A stretch of 64,000 nt of DNA, taken from an uncultured bacterium (GTDB lineage: Bacteria > Babelota > Babeliae > Babelales > Babelaceae). Under the pieces are notes generated by a model that saw nothing but the letters and a program-made list of their open reading frames with translations, had not been told where the DNA came from and ran no database searches. Positions 1-9,288 of this stretch are shown in pieces. The DNA is taken from the NCBI GenBank assembly GCA_963713855.1, contig OY970209.1, positions 1,024,001 to 1,088,000 on the forward strand. Reading direction: 5' to 3'. Made by a program: the position numbers and the translations under genes. How positions within the stretch are numbered: position 1 is the first letter of the stretch; each line of letters begins with the position of its first letter.

Positions 1-3
1 CTT

Positions 4-33
4 GAATGGGGGCTCTTATCGAGCCCTTCATTC
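4..33 (-). terminator. Stem-loop downstream of sodA
   Basis: Imperfect inverted repeat gaatgggggctc-ttatc-gagcccttcattc directly after the sodA stop. Confidence 0.5.
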
Positions 34-36
34 CTT

Positions 37-717
37 CTATTTTTTGACGCATTCATTAAACATTTTTTCAACTTCAGACCAGTTGACAACATTCCACCAG
101 TTATCTAAATACTCATTTCTTTTGTTCGTGTATTTAAGATAATACGCATGTTCCCAAACATCTGTGCCTAAAATAGGATTAAGGCCGTTAGTTATAGGGC
201 TGTCTTGGTTAGGTGTTGTTACGATAACCAAATTTCCTTGTGAATCTAATGCAAGCCACGCCCAGCCACTTCCAAATACTTTAAGCGCTGCTTCTAAAAA
301 TTGATTTTTAAATTCTTGTAAGCTTCCAAATCTCTGCGAAATCTCGGCAAGGAGTTTTCCGGTAGGCTGTGTTTTTCGAGGAGTCATCCATTTCCAAAAG
401 AGGGAGTGATTTAAGTGGCCGCCTCCGTTATTTCGTACAGTATTTCGTATATCTGCCGGCAATGTGGGCCACATTTTTACAAGTTCCTCAACACTTTTAT
501 TATAAAGTTCAGGGTGCTTTGCAATTGCCGCATTAAGTTCGCTTACATATTTTGCGTGGTGCTTGTCGTGGTGAATTTCCATTGTTTTAGCGTCAATAAA
601 AGGCTCAAGGGCATTAAAGGCGTAGGGTAAAGGTGGAACGGTAAAGGGTACAAATGTAGTCTGAGCGCATTGAGCGAGTGCTGATGTAAAAAGGTATAAA
701 ATAAGGTATTTCTTCAT
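37..717 (-). CDS. sodA: Superoxide dismutase (Mn/Fe family, probably Mn) with signal-peptide-like N-terminus
   Basis: LPYAFNALEP, MEIHHDKHH, NNGGGHLNH, FGSGWAWL, NQD and DVWEHAYY motifs; RBS aaggag upstream. Confidence 0.95.
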   Translation of the reverse strand: MKKYLILYLFTSALAQCAQTTFVPFTVPPLPYAFNALEPFIDAKTMEIHHDKHHAKYVSELNAAIAKHPELYNKSVEELVKMWPTLPADIRNTVRNNGGGHLNHSLFWKWMTPRKTQPTGKLLAEISQRFGSLQEFKNQFLEAALKVFGSGWAWLALDSQGNLVIVTTPNQDSPITNGLNPILGTDVWEHAYYLKYTNKRNEYLDNWWNVVNWSEVEKMFNECVKK

Positions 718-784
718 GGCTTGTTCTCCTTAGTATTGGTCAAGTATAGCACGCAGCATGGGTAAGGAAAACTGTCTAAGGACA

Positions 785-822
785 AAAGCTAGGGGGTAAC
801 ATGCAAAAAACCCCCTGAGCTT
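785..822 (-). terminator. Stem-loop after the small ORF at 829
   Basis: aagctaggggg...ccccctgagctt inverted repeat next to the stop codon. Confidence 0.45.
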
Positions 823-828
823 TAGTTT

Positions 829-1050
829 TTAGACTGAAGATTTCGTGTGATAGGTGCTACGTCCACCCGGTACTGGGAAGGTAGCAAGGCTTCGTAAACC
901 ATATCTTTCGATATGACTCATTAAGTCTCCCCCAGCAACTTCCCTAAAGTGCTTACCGTTCTGATCACGATATGCGCTGTCGCTTGCAGCTTGTAAGCTT
1001 GCAGCAACGAGTGCCATTCCTAAGAAGGCAAATAAACCATAACTTTTCAT
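829..1050 (-). CDS. Small secreted hypothetical protein
   Basis: RBS aaggag before ATG 1050; MKSYGLFAFLGMALVAASLQA is signal-peptide-like. Confidence 0.7.
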   Translation of the reverse strand: MKSYGLFAFLGMALVAASLQAASDSAYRDQNGKHFREVAGGDLMSHIERYGLRSLATFPVPGGRSTYHTKSSV

Positions 1051-1311
1051 GGTTTTCTCCTTTGTTAAACGTCTGTCTGTCATTACCTCTGCGCCTACTA
1101 AAGTACGCGTCCTTCAGCAAACACAATTCTATAATAAACAATAAGTTTACCAAATTTCAAATGTTTAGTTTTTATTATGAAATATTAAAGCATTTAAGCC
1201 ACTTTTTATCATTTTTTGCCTTCGATTGTCAGGGTAGCCTGTTTTATTGATTTTGGGGATGCGCGGTCTTTATACTGAGCTAACCCATTATAAAAATATA
1301 AGGAAGCAGCT

Positions 1312-1497
1312 ATGACAAAATCCCGTAGGAATCGCCAAAAAAAGATGACCAGTCTTCTACGGATTCGAGCTAATCGCGCGAAACATAAAGAAGATAGCCG
1401 AAAACCTCATCATGGTCATCATAGCGATAGGCCAGACAATTACCGCGCCGATAAGCCCGACTTTCCAAGCAACCGTACTAGGCGCAAATCCCCATAA
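1312..1497 (+). CDS. Small, highly basic (Arg/Lys/His-rich) hypothetical protein
   Basis: RBS aaggaag and TATACT at 1271-1276 upstream; 61-aa ORF. Confidence 0.6.
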   Translation: MTKSRRNRQKKMTSLLRIRANRAKHKEDSRKPHHGHHSDRPDNYRADKPDFPSNRTRRKSP

Positions 1498-1576
1498 ACA
1501 TTATGCTTGTTTGAATTGAGCTCGCCTTTTTTCCCCCTTTGTTTATACTAACAATAGCAAAAACAATAAAGGGGAG

Positions 1577-2503
1577 GTGCTCATGCTACTCATTGTTCTT
1601 CTGTACGCGCTTCTCGCTTTAACTTTTACGCTTGGAAAAGCCGCTGTTTCGTATGCGAGCCCTCTTTTTTTGGTTGGTGTACGTATGGTGGTTGCTGGAA
1701 TACTCCTCCTGGGGCTCTATCGTTTTAAACGCCCATTTCCACGTTTTTCTCAACAAGATGTGCTTGATTTACTGAATGTTACTCTTTTTCATATCTATCT
1801 TTCCTTTGTGCCAGAATTTTGGGCTTTGCAATTTGTGTCCTCGGTGAAAGTGAACATAATGTATTCAACAACCCCTTTTATTACGATGCTGCTTTCATAC
1901 CTCATCTACAAAGAAAAGATTACGCGGCTTCAGGGCCTTGGAGCATTGGTCGCATTCATCGGTTTGATGCCGCTCATGGCTCGTCAGCAAGACGCATTAT
2001 GCTTTAAGGACCTATTTGCCATCTCAATACCCGAATTAACACTTCTTTTCTCGATTGCTTCGGGTGCCTACGCTTGGTTTATAGTCAAAAAGCTCATGAA
2101 CAGGGGTTATTCTCTCCTCATTATCAACGGTATTTCGATGCTCTTGGGGGGTATTGCAAGCTTTCTTACATGGTATGTACTAAGACCAGAGGGGGTACCG
2201 CCGGTTACTAACGTCAAAGGCTTTATAATCACTGTTTCAAGCCTTATTCTTCTTGCAAATATAGTAGTCTATAACCTTTACGGCTGGCTTTTAAGACATT
2301 ATTCTCTCAACGTTGTTTCTTGTGCAGGCTTTATGTCTCCACTATTTGGTGCCTTCTACGGTTACGTCTTTTTGGGCGAGCAATTAGGTTGGCAGCATTA
2401 TGTTGCCATAGTCTCTATTGCGCTTGGCCTTTACCTCTTTTTTTACGAGACCTTAGCTTTAAAAAAGCATCAGACACGTACACAACCGCTCGAGACAGCG
2501 TGA
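1577..2503 (+). CDS. DMT/EamA family transporter
   Basis: About 10 hydrophobic segments; P-x-FLVGVR, TTPFIT...EK and SPLFGAFYGYVFLGE EamA repeats. Confidence 0.9.
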   Translation: MLMLLIVLLYALLALTFTLGKAAVSYASPLFLVGVRMVVAGILLLGLYRFKRPFPRFSQQDVLDLLNVTLFHIYLSFVPEFWALQFVSSVKVNIMYSTTPFITMLLSYLIYKEKITRLQGLGALVAFIGLMPLMARQQDALCFKDLFAISIPELTLLFSIASGAYAWFIVKKLMNRGYSLLIINGISMLLGGIASFLTWYVLRPEGVPPVTNVKGFIITVSSLILLANIVVYNLYGWLLRHYSLNVVSCAGFMSPLFGAFYGYVFLGEQLGWQHYVAIVSIALGLYLFFYETLALKKHQTRTQPLETA

Positions 2504-2585
2504 AAATATGGTATACTACTCATTCTTGACGTCTTGTGTGCTTTTTACGGTACACTAAAAAAACCTTTTTACAGAATGTAGCTCT

Positions 2586-3878
2586 ATGACGCAACAGTAT
2601 ACACTTTCTCTTCCGGCAGCAGTCATGGTCAATCTCAATATCATGGTTGGCGCTGGCATTTTTGTAAATACCGTGCTTTTAGCGCAACGTGCTGGTGCTT
2701 TTGGGGGTGTTGCGTATCTTCTCATAGCATTTCTTCTTTTACCTCTCATTGTTACGTTTGCTCACCTACTGCGCGAATGCCCGGGGGGCACTTTTTACGA
2801 TTTTGGTGCTCTAACGCACCCATTGGCCGGCTTTATTGCAGGCTGGAGCTACTTTGTTGCAAAACTTGCATCAGCTGCCCTTGGAATTCATGTGTTTTCG
2901 ACGCTTATTCTGCAGCTTTTTTCCTTTAGTACGATACCTATTCTCGCACTTGATACATGCATGGTGATTGCTTTTACCGGGCTTAACATGCTTAACCTGC
3001 GGATAGGCCGTTCCATTCAATTTGTTTTTCTCGCGTTAAAGCTTATACCTATTCTTTTTGCCATCATGGCAGGCATGCTTTTGTTTTCACCCACTTCTTT
3101 TACCGGAAGTACGTTCAACGTAAAAAGCGTTTTTGTAAGCTTGCCTTTCGTGCTTTATGCATTCACTGGCTTTGAGGCATGCTGTTCTTTAAGTAGAACG
3201 ATCTTCAATCCTGAAAAAAATGGTCCCCGAGCGCTTCTTATTTCCTACTCTATAGGAGTGTTGATTGCAGTTGCGTATCAAACGTTCTTCTGGAGCGCTT
3301 TGGGCTCTAATCTTGCTTTATTAAATTCTTACGATCAAGCATTTCCTGCCCTATTGCCGCGCGTTTTTGTCGTCGGAACGCTTCTTTACACCATTTTTTT
3401 CTTTTTGGTAAATTCCGGTATGGCAACCTCTTCCCTAGGTGCTGGTTATGGGATCATGTACAGTAACACATGGAACCTTTTTGTGCTTGCTCAGAAAAAT
3501 CTCGTCTTTTTTTCACCTTTAATTGAGCGACTTAACCGCTATAAAGCGCCGTACATTTGCGCGCTTATAGAAGGTATTATTGTGCTTATCTACTTGCTTC
3601 TTTTTAAAGGGTCGCTTGTACCGTTGCAGCAACTCTGTGCACTGGGCATGATCATAACGTACACCATTAGTACGCTCTCATTTGCCGTGTGGTGGTACGT
3701 TCAAAAAAAACGTGTTCACTACACAGCGGTTATGGCACTTTTGAGTTGTGCTGTTCTTACCGTCGGATACTATACCAATATCCAAAAATATGGCGTATGG
3801 CCAACTTTGTGCTTTGTCATAGTGTTATTGGTAGGGCTATGTATCTTCTTAATAAAATATACCAAAAGCAAGAATTAG
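2586..3878 (+). CDS. APC family amino acid permease
   Basis: NIMVGAGIF (TM1), GFIAGWSY, YAFTGFE (TM6), NPEKNGPRAL motifs. Confidence 0.9.
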   Translation: MTQQYTLSLPAAVMVNLNIMVGAGIFVNTVLLAQRAGAFGGVAYLLIAFLLLPLIVTFAHLLRECPGGTFYDFGALTHPLAGFIAGWSYFVAKLASAALGIHVFSTLILQLFSFSTIPILALDTCMVIAFTGLNMLNLRIGRSIQFVFLALKLIPILFAIMAGMLLFSPTSFTGSTFNVKSVFVSLPFVLYAFTGFEACCSLSRTIFNPEKNGPRALLISYSIGVLIAVAYQTFFWSALGSNLALLNSYDQAFPALLPRVFVVGTLLYTIFFFLVNSGMATSSLGAGYGIMYSNTWNLFVLAQKNLVFFSPLIERLNRYKAPYICALIEGIIVLIYLLLFKGSLVPLQQLCALGMIITYTISTLSFAVWWYVQKKRVHYTAVMALLSCAVLTVGYYTNIQKYGVWPTLCFVIVLLVGLCIFLIKYTKSKN

Positions 3879-3983
3879 TTAGGTTCTAGAAAGTTTTTTT
3901 GATTCTGGCCAGATCTAGAGAAACGTTGACTTTTGTTCAAAAAGCTATAATTATTTTGAATATTTGTATTTTTTAAGAAGGAT

Positions 3984-4046
3984 ATGGCCGTGAAAAAATT
4001 GATTATAGTAACGCTATTTCTGGTAGCTGCTTTCTTTATGCTTTAG
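3984..4046 (+). pseudogene. Signal-peptide-only stub MAVKKLIIVTLFLVAAFFML*
   Basis: RBS aagaagga and TATAAT at 3946-3951; its TAG overlaps the stop of the convergent phosphatase gene. Confidence 0.4.
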
Positions 4047-4657
4047 ATAGTGAATTCTCTAAATGAGCCCGTTGGTACTCTGCAAGAATGACCAGTTATT
4101 AATCTACAAAGAACTTTTACATTGGAATCATGCGTAACGACTATAACAGTCCCGTTTTTGTATGTTTTGGTTAGATAATTATAAAAAGCTGTTACTCTTT
4201 TTCTAACCTCATCTTGCGTTTCTCCGCCGTGCTCTTGCATTCTGCGGTCGGAAATGGGGTAAAACGCCTGTCCCTCAAGGTCTCCCGCCTGTCTTTCAGT
4301 AATTCTGTTGTCAATTATTAATTGTTCTTTAATGTCTAATTTTTGGATGAGTATCCGAGCAGTTTGTAGGCATCGCGGTAGGGGAGAGGCAAAAACTGCC
4401 TTTACTGACGACGGAACAATGCCTTCCTCTTCTAATTGTTGAGCCATTTGAATAGCCTGCTGCCGTCCTTTTGGTGTCAAATTCGAGACGACATAGTTTG
4501 GGTGTTTAGGATTTGCATTTCGCGTGTCATCAACGTTGTGTTGTGCCTCACCATGGCGTACAACGATAAGTTTGAGTTCCGCGCTAAGGTTGCTTGTAAT
4601 TGCTGTCATTAAAAGTGCCATTATAGCGGTATACCTTTGCTTCATTTTTAATGTCAT
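4043..4657 (-). CDS. Histidine phosphatase (phosphoglycerate mutase-like) with signal peptide
   Basis: VVRHGEA, LTPKGRQQA, SPLPRCLQTA, E..G..EG, VVTH motifs; RBS aaggag before ATG 4657. Confidence 0.9.
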   Translation of the reverse strand: MTLKMKQRYTAIMALLMTAITSNLSAELKLIVVRHGEAQHNVDDTRNANPKHPNYVVSNLTPKGRQQAIQMAQQLEEEGIVPSSVKAVFASPLPRCLQTARILIQKLDIKEQLIIDNRITERQAGDLEGQAFYPISDRRMQEHGGETQDEVRKRVTAFYNYLTKTYKNGTVIVVTHDSNVKVLCRLITGHSCRVPTGSFREFTI

Positions 4658-4872
4658 TAGCTTGATCTCCTTAAAAAAAGGGGAGAGTAGAAAATAGTGT
4701 TCTTTAAGCATATTCCTATGAAATTGTAACAAATATCAGCGCCAGAATTCAATATTTTTTTGTAGAACTGGATTTATTAAATAAATTGTAGATATATTAA
4801 AAAACATTTGAATGTTAAGTGAATAACAAAGAGCGACTCGAAAATAGTTACGTATATAGCACTACCTAAAAA

Positions 4873-5211
4873 CTATTTATGGGGTAATGTCGAAATTTCT
4901 TTGTTCAAGAAATACGTTAAAACGGTACGTATAATAACGAGTATCGAAAGAAGCCCGATTTGATAGTAGTCCGGGGTGATAATGGTCTTTATAATATCGC
5001 CTGCAACGAAAAATTCGAGAGCCAGAGCAATACTTCTACCTAGCTCCCAACGTATATAGTCAATTGAGATTCCATGGGCAGATTGAAGCTTTCTATGAAG
5101 CGAATAAAAGAGCGTGTAGAGCGTTCCAAGTAGAAGCGCTATAACGCCAGCGAGCTCAAAACCCATCGCAATAAAATCGAGGACTCCAATAAGGTACGTC
5201 TTTGCAAGCAT
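4873..5211 (-). CDS. DUF1622 family membrane protein
   Basis: RWELGRSIALALEFFVAGDIIKTI and IIRTVLTYFLNKE match the DUF1622 pattern. Confidence 0.85.
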   Translation of the reverse strand: MLAKTYLIGVLDFIAMGFELAGVIALLLGTLYTLFYSLHRKLQSAHGISIDYIRWELGRSIALALEFFVAGDIIKTIITPDYYQIGLLSILVIIRTVLTYFLNKEISTLPHK

Positions 5212-5212
5212 T

Positions 5213-5569
5213 TTATGAGCGTTTTTGTTTACTTATAAGCTCTATAAGCTCCAAGGCTGCTTTTTCTATGTCTTTATGGCCTTTTCTTGCGGCTTCAGAC
5301 GCTGCTAGCTTTAGTGCACTTATGTGAACGATGCCCAGATTACCGTGTGGGTACATATATTTGTTTTTATCGTTTTTAATATAGTCGGTATCTATGCCTA
5401 AAAACCAGAGTCCATATTCAGGTAAGTAGTGATTTTCAATGAACTTATCGATTTCGTCATCCGTTGGCTTGTGTCCTTGCCAGTTACCACTCTCATGGTC
5501 AACTTCAAGCCCGCCTTCAATAAGTTCTTTTGCGTGTTCGTATCCAGCTTTATGTAACTTAATTGCCAT
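5213..5569 (-). CDS. Conserved hypothetical protein
   Basis: Strong RBS aaggagag; HAKELI..G, W..HKP, YGLWFLGID and Y.YPHG motifs resemble a small uncharacterised family (from memory). Confidence 0.75.
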   Translation of the reverse strand: MAIKLHKAGYEHAKELIEGGLEVDHESGNWQGHKPTDDEIDKFIENHYLPEYGLWFLGIDTDYIKNDKNKYMYPHGNLGIVHISALKLAASEAARKGHKDIEKAALELIELISKQKRS

Positions 5570-5639
5570 ATTGCTCTCCTTTTTATTTCTATTACGTTAT
5601 TTAGTATATACCTCAATGGAAAGCCAGAGCAAGAGATAG

Positions 5640-6976
5640 TTATTGACCAGAGGGGAAAGTCTCAGGCAGTTCGCCTTCTTCCCACACGCTTGTTATTTCG
5701 AGGGGTGTTACCGCTTCAGTTCTATCGACATGGATAAGAAAATCGAACTGTTCGCCCAAAGATGCATAAAAATAATGACTTTGTCTTTCAGTTTGTGGAG
5801 CGTATATGACCCCGATAGCTCTTTGAAGCCTTTCAACGCTTAAGCTGGCCTGCAGGCTTTTGTTGTCTCGTATATTGAGCCAAAATTGTTCTAATTCAGT
5901 GGCGTGAAACAGCTCTTCAAAGCTGCCGCTTAGTGCTTTGCGAACGTGCCTGAGTTGAACAGGACCGTTCCAGAATGGTGCTGCTGATACTGTGCCTGTG
6001 TATGTCGTAAAGCCCACAAGCACTGCTTTTTTGCCGTATTGCTCGCGAGCAAGTTGTCCGATATTAAGTTGTCCTTGCTTTCCCATTTGGGTAGCACGCG
6101 CATCGCCGATATGTGAGTTATGGGCCCATATGATGGTCTTTGAAGGCAGCAGGTGCTTTATATGATGCGCGCCAAGAGCATTGACCGTTTCCATCATATG
6201 CGTATCTCGAATGTTCCATGACTCATTATCATCGGCTTGGAAGATGGACCTATAATATTCTTCAGCGTTTTTTACAATGAGCGCGTTTTGTTGAGCAAAA
6301 AAAGCTCATCAACTTCAACAAATCCTTCAGCTTTTACGTCTTTAAATTGTATATTCAAGAGCTCTTCTAATTGTTCTAAGGCCTCATTTTCGCATGAAGG
6401 CGTTCTGTAATGCGCAACAAGGTAGCCGTACGCTTGCGGATCTTTTCCAAAAGCATCAAAACAAGCGTATCGTTCTATCGCTCTTCGCGCGGCTTTTGGG
6501 TCCCGGCTTTCCAAATAGCCGATAACTGCTTGCATAGAATGGTGTAAGCTATAAAGATCGAGCCCATAAAGACCTACTAAAGGTTGTTGTCCTTGTATTT
6601 GCTTATTATAGCTGTGAATCCACGTAATTAATTCAACAATATCTTCGTTTCGCCACATCCACGAGGGAAAACGCGTAAAGTCTCCTAACGCAGTCTTTGC
6701 ATTCTTATCTTGTCCCTGTAACCTTATGAATCGATGAGCCCGGTAAGCGTCTGGCCAGTCGCCCTCGATTGCAAGAACGGTAAAGCCTTTTTTTTGGATG
6801 AGCTCTTTTGTGATAGCTGCTCTTAGAGCGTAAAACTCATGCGTTCCATGTGTAGCCTCACCCAAGAGCACAAGCGATGCCTCTCCTAAAGCATCTATAA
6901 GCTCGGGAAAAGACTCTTTTAAAGACTGAGCATGCTTTTTGCACTCCGCTAGCGTATCTTGAGAAAAAGGCCTCAT
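5640..6976 (-). CDS. Erythromycin esterase family protein, split by one frameshift at the A7 run 6297-6303
   Basis: LLGEATHGTHEFY, AIEGDWPD, FPSWMWRN, GLDLYSL in the 5' part; WAHNSHIGDARAT and RAIGVIY in the 3' part; adding one T restores DELFFAQQNALIVKNAEEYYRSIFQ...SWNIRDTHM. Confidence 0.88.
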
Positions 6977-7827
6977 GGTGTGTGCTCCTCAATAAGCTTT
7001 TTAATAAAAGGCGCTATTGGTAGGACTACTATTTTAGGATATCCTGGCGGTTGAGGTAAGGTATCAGTGACGTAGACTTTTTCAAAAAGGTCGCTCCCCT
7101 GAAGTCTCTCACGAGCACCGTCTGCAAAGACACCGTGTGTAGCAGCCGCTTGTATACTGTGCGCCCCTAGATCTTTGAGTATATGTGCAACAGAGATCAA
7201 CGTATTAGCCGTCGATATGATGTCATCGACGATTAGTATTCGTTTTTGATGTATGTTGTTGTGCACACCGGTTACTTCTACTGCCTCATGCGCCGGTCTC
7301 ATTTTTGTAACTGTTATAAATCCAAGATTGCATGTTTTTGCAATCGCCTCGGCAAGTTCATACGCTCCTTGGTCCGGTGCAGCAATGCGATCCTTACCCG
7401 ACGCCGGTGTGCAAAAAAGGCTTACCGGAATTACATTTTCAAAATCTAAAAATGAATGTAGAGCAGGACTGTGAGCATGGATAATAAAAATCTTTTCTAA
7501 GTTAAAGCTTTTTAAAAATGTGGAAAATAGTGCAGATCCGAGTGATTCTCCTTTTGATGTTCTATCTTGACGCGCGTATCCAAAGTATGTTAGTACAAGA
7601 TATATGCGTGCCTGAGCTCTTTGTAAAGCATCAAGCAGAAGCATTAGCTCAATAGTGTTTTCTGCAGGAACAGCGGTGGATCCGATGACCCAGACTATTT
7701 TGTCGCGTACGTCCTCTTCTATTTTGACAAGTAGTTCTCCGTCACTAAACTGTTTTAAAAGCAGTCGTCCTTTTTTAAAGGGAAGGTCTTCAGCGATGTG
7801 GTTACACTGCCGTGTTGAAAAAATCAT
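6973..7827 (-). CDS. prs: Ribose-phosphate pyrophosphokinase-like protein
   Basis: FSDGE, ELMLLLDAL, YFGYARQDR, APDQGA, LIVDDIISTANTL, AAATHGVF, VYVTDTL. Confidence 0.85.
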   Translation of the reverse strand: MIFSTRQCNHIAEDLPFKKGRLLLKQFSDGELLVKIEEDVRDKIVWVIGSTAVPAENTIELMLLLDALQRAQARIYLVLTYFGYARQDRTSKGESLGSALFSTFLKSFNLEKIFIIHAHSPALHSFLDFENVIPVSLFCTPASGKDRIAAPDQGAYELAEAIAKTCNLGFITVTKMRPAHEAVEVTGVHNNIHQKRILIVDDIISTANTLISVAHILKDLGAHSIQAAATHGVFADGARERLQGSDLFEKVYVTDTLPQPPGYPKIVVLPIAPFIKKLIEEHTP

Positions 7828-8456
7828 GCGCGAGCCCTTCGAAGGAGCTTTAAAGCCTCTTGATCACTTACTTGGTCGAAACGTTCGTAAAATTGACCAA
7901 CACCCCTAAAATGTGTCGGTACAAGAAGGCTAACGACCTCATCGGCTTTCATACGTAGAAGCTTCAGTGCATCAGGTGGAGCTACAGGTACAGCTACAAT
8001 TAGTTTTTTAGGATTGTTTTTTCGTACTAATTCAAGTGACGATGCCATGGTATGGCCAGTAGCAACACCATCGTCAACGACGATGATAATCTTATTTTCT
8101 AGCGTAAGCGGCTGTACTCCTTGCTGGTAAGCAGCGTAGCGCTTTTTCAAAAGCTCTCTAATTTGCTGTACTTCTTTGTCGATGTATTGATGCATATCTG
8201 GTGATAAGTCTAGAAAGCGCTTATCAACAATAACACTTTCAAGGCTTGCAGCTCCAATTGCATATTCAGGATTTCCTGGAAAACCTATTTTTTTTGTAAG
8301 AAGAACATCCAGAGGGGCATTAAGAGCTTGAGCTATGGGAAATCCAACCTCTAAGCCGCCACGAGGTATTGCTAAAACGATGACATCAGGTTTATCAGCG
8401 TATTCCTTAAGCTCTTGCGCTAAAAGCGCTCCTGCTTCAAACCGATCTTTAAACAT
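7824..8456 (-). CDS. Phosphoribosyltransferase family protein
   Basis: MFKDRFEAG, LAIPRGG, KKIGFPGNPEYAIGA, VVDDGVATG, VGQFYERFDQVSD. Confidence 0.92.
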   Translation of the reverse strand: MFKDRFEAGALLAQELKEYADKPDVIVLAIPRGGLEVGFPIAQALNAPLDVLLTKKIGFPGNPEYAIGAASLESVIVDKRFLDLSPDMHQYIDKEVQQIRELLKKRYAAYQQGVQPLTLENKIIIVVDDGVATGHTMASSLELVRKNNPKKLIVAVPVAPPDALKLLRMKADEVVSLLVPTHFRGVGQFYERFDQVSDQEALKLLRRARA

Positions 8457-8514
8457 AATAAACTACCTTTTTTTAACTGTAGCTTAAATGCCGAGGATAA
8501 AGCAAGTTGTGACT

Positions 8515-9114
8515 TTAGCAATACTTTAAAAACAACAATGCATCCGCTTGACCCGAAGCTGCTTCTTCTTCTACTTTTTGCTTGAACTTAGCTATATGGT
8601 ATTGCCTTGAGGTAAAGTGCCTGCCAGATTTTTGCAAGTTACGTAAGTAGTACAGAGCCTCGTTTTCGCTTGCTGTTTTAAGGAGTATGTAGCTTAAAAT
8701 GTAATAATGTTCTAATAACTGCTGGTCCTTAATGATACTTTTAATGTATGTTCGTGCAGCGTCCCATTTTTTTCGTTCAATAAGCTCGCACGCATAAGCT
8801 AACTGAGCAATTTCGTTCTTTTTTATGCGAGCATCATTAAGCCAATATGATGCTTCGTCTTTCTTGTTTTGCTTATCGTAAAGGATTGAAAGTGCGATTC
8901 CAGCCTCGGCATCTTCTAAAGCAGCTTTTTTGTAATATGCTTCGGCTTTGACAACATTACCCTTACTTTCGTGATAATTTCCCAAAATGAATTGTGGCCT
9001 TGAATGATCGCTCTCTGCTAAAGCATAAAGAGCTTCCAGATTTAAATCTCCAAACGCCCTCGAATCGTTTAAGTTTAAAAGCAGCACTATAGATGCAAAT
9101 ATATATTTAATCAT
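8515..9114 (-). CDS. Secreted Sel1/TPR-like repeat protein
   Basis: Signal peptide; PQFILGNYH...KAEAYYKKAA and EASYWL helical repeats. Confidence 0.65.
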   Translation of the reverse strand: MIKYIFASIVLLLNLNDSRAFGDLNLEALYALAESDHSRPQFILGNYHESKGNVVKAEAYYKKAALEDAEAGIALSILYDKQNKKDEASYWLNDARIKKNEIAQLAYACELIERKKWDAARTYIKSIIKDQQLLEHYYILSYILLKTASENEALYYLRNLQKSGRHFTSRQYHIAKFKQKVEEEAASGQADALLFLKYC

Positions 9115-9288
9115 CGACGAAGTTTTCTTTTACGTTCCATACGTAGCATATCAAAAAAGGAGCATTTGTTGATTCAGCTTTATGTGATACTTCTTTTAGC
9201 CCAAATACTTGTCGCTTTATAACCAATGGACAAGGAAATAGAAAGTGTCTATGTTAGATAAATCCTAAAAATTAATGTGAGGTGATGG

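Noticed and set aside
5640..6976. Macrolide resistance gene (ereA/ereB)
   Set aside because: Only family-level motifs are visible, and the PRTase-linked context fits the uncharacterised branch.
9238..9251. 14-bp match atagaaagtgtcta shared with 14865-14878 (13 bp of it at 13902-13914)
   Set aside because: The contexts differ (upstream of one gene, at the stop codon of the others), and 14-bp matches are expected by chance in 64 kb of AT-rich DNA.
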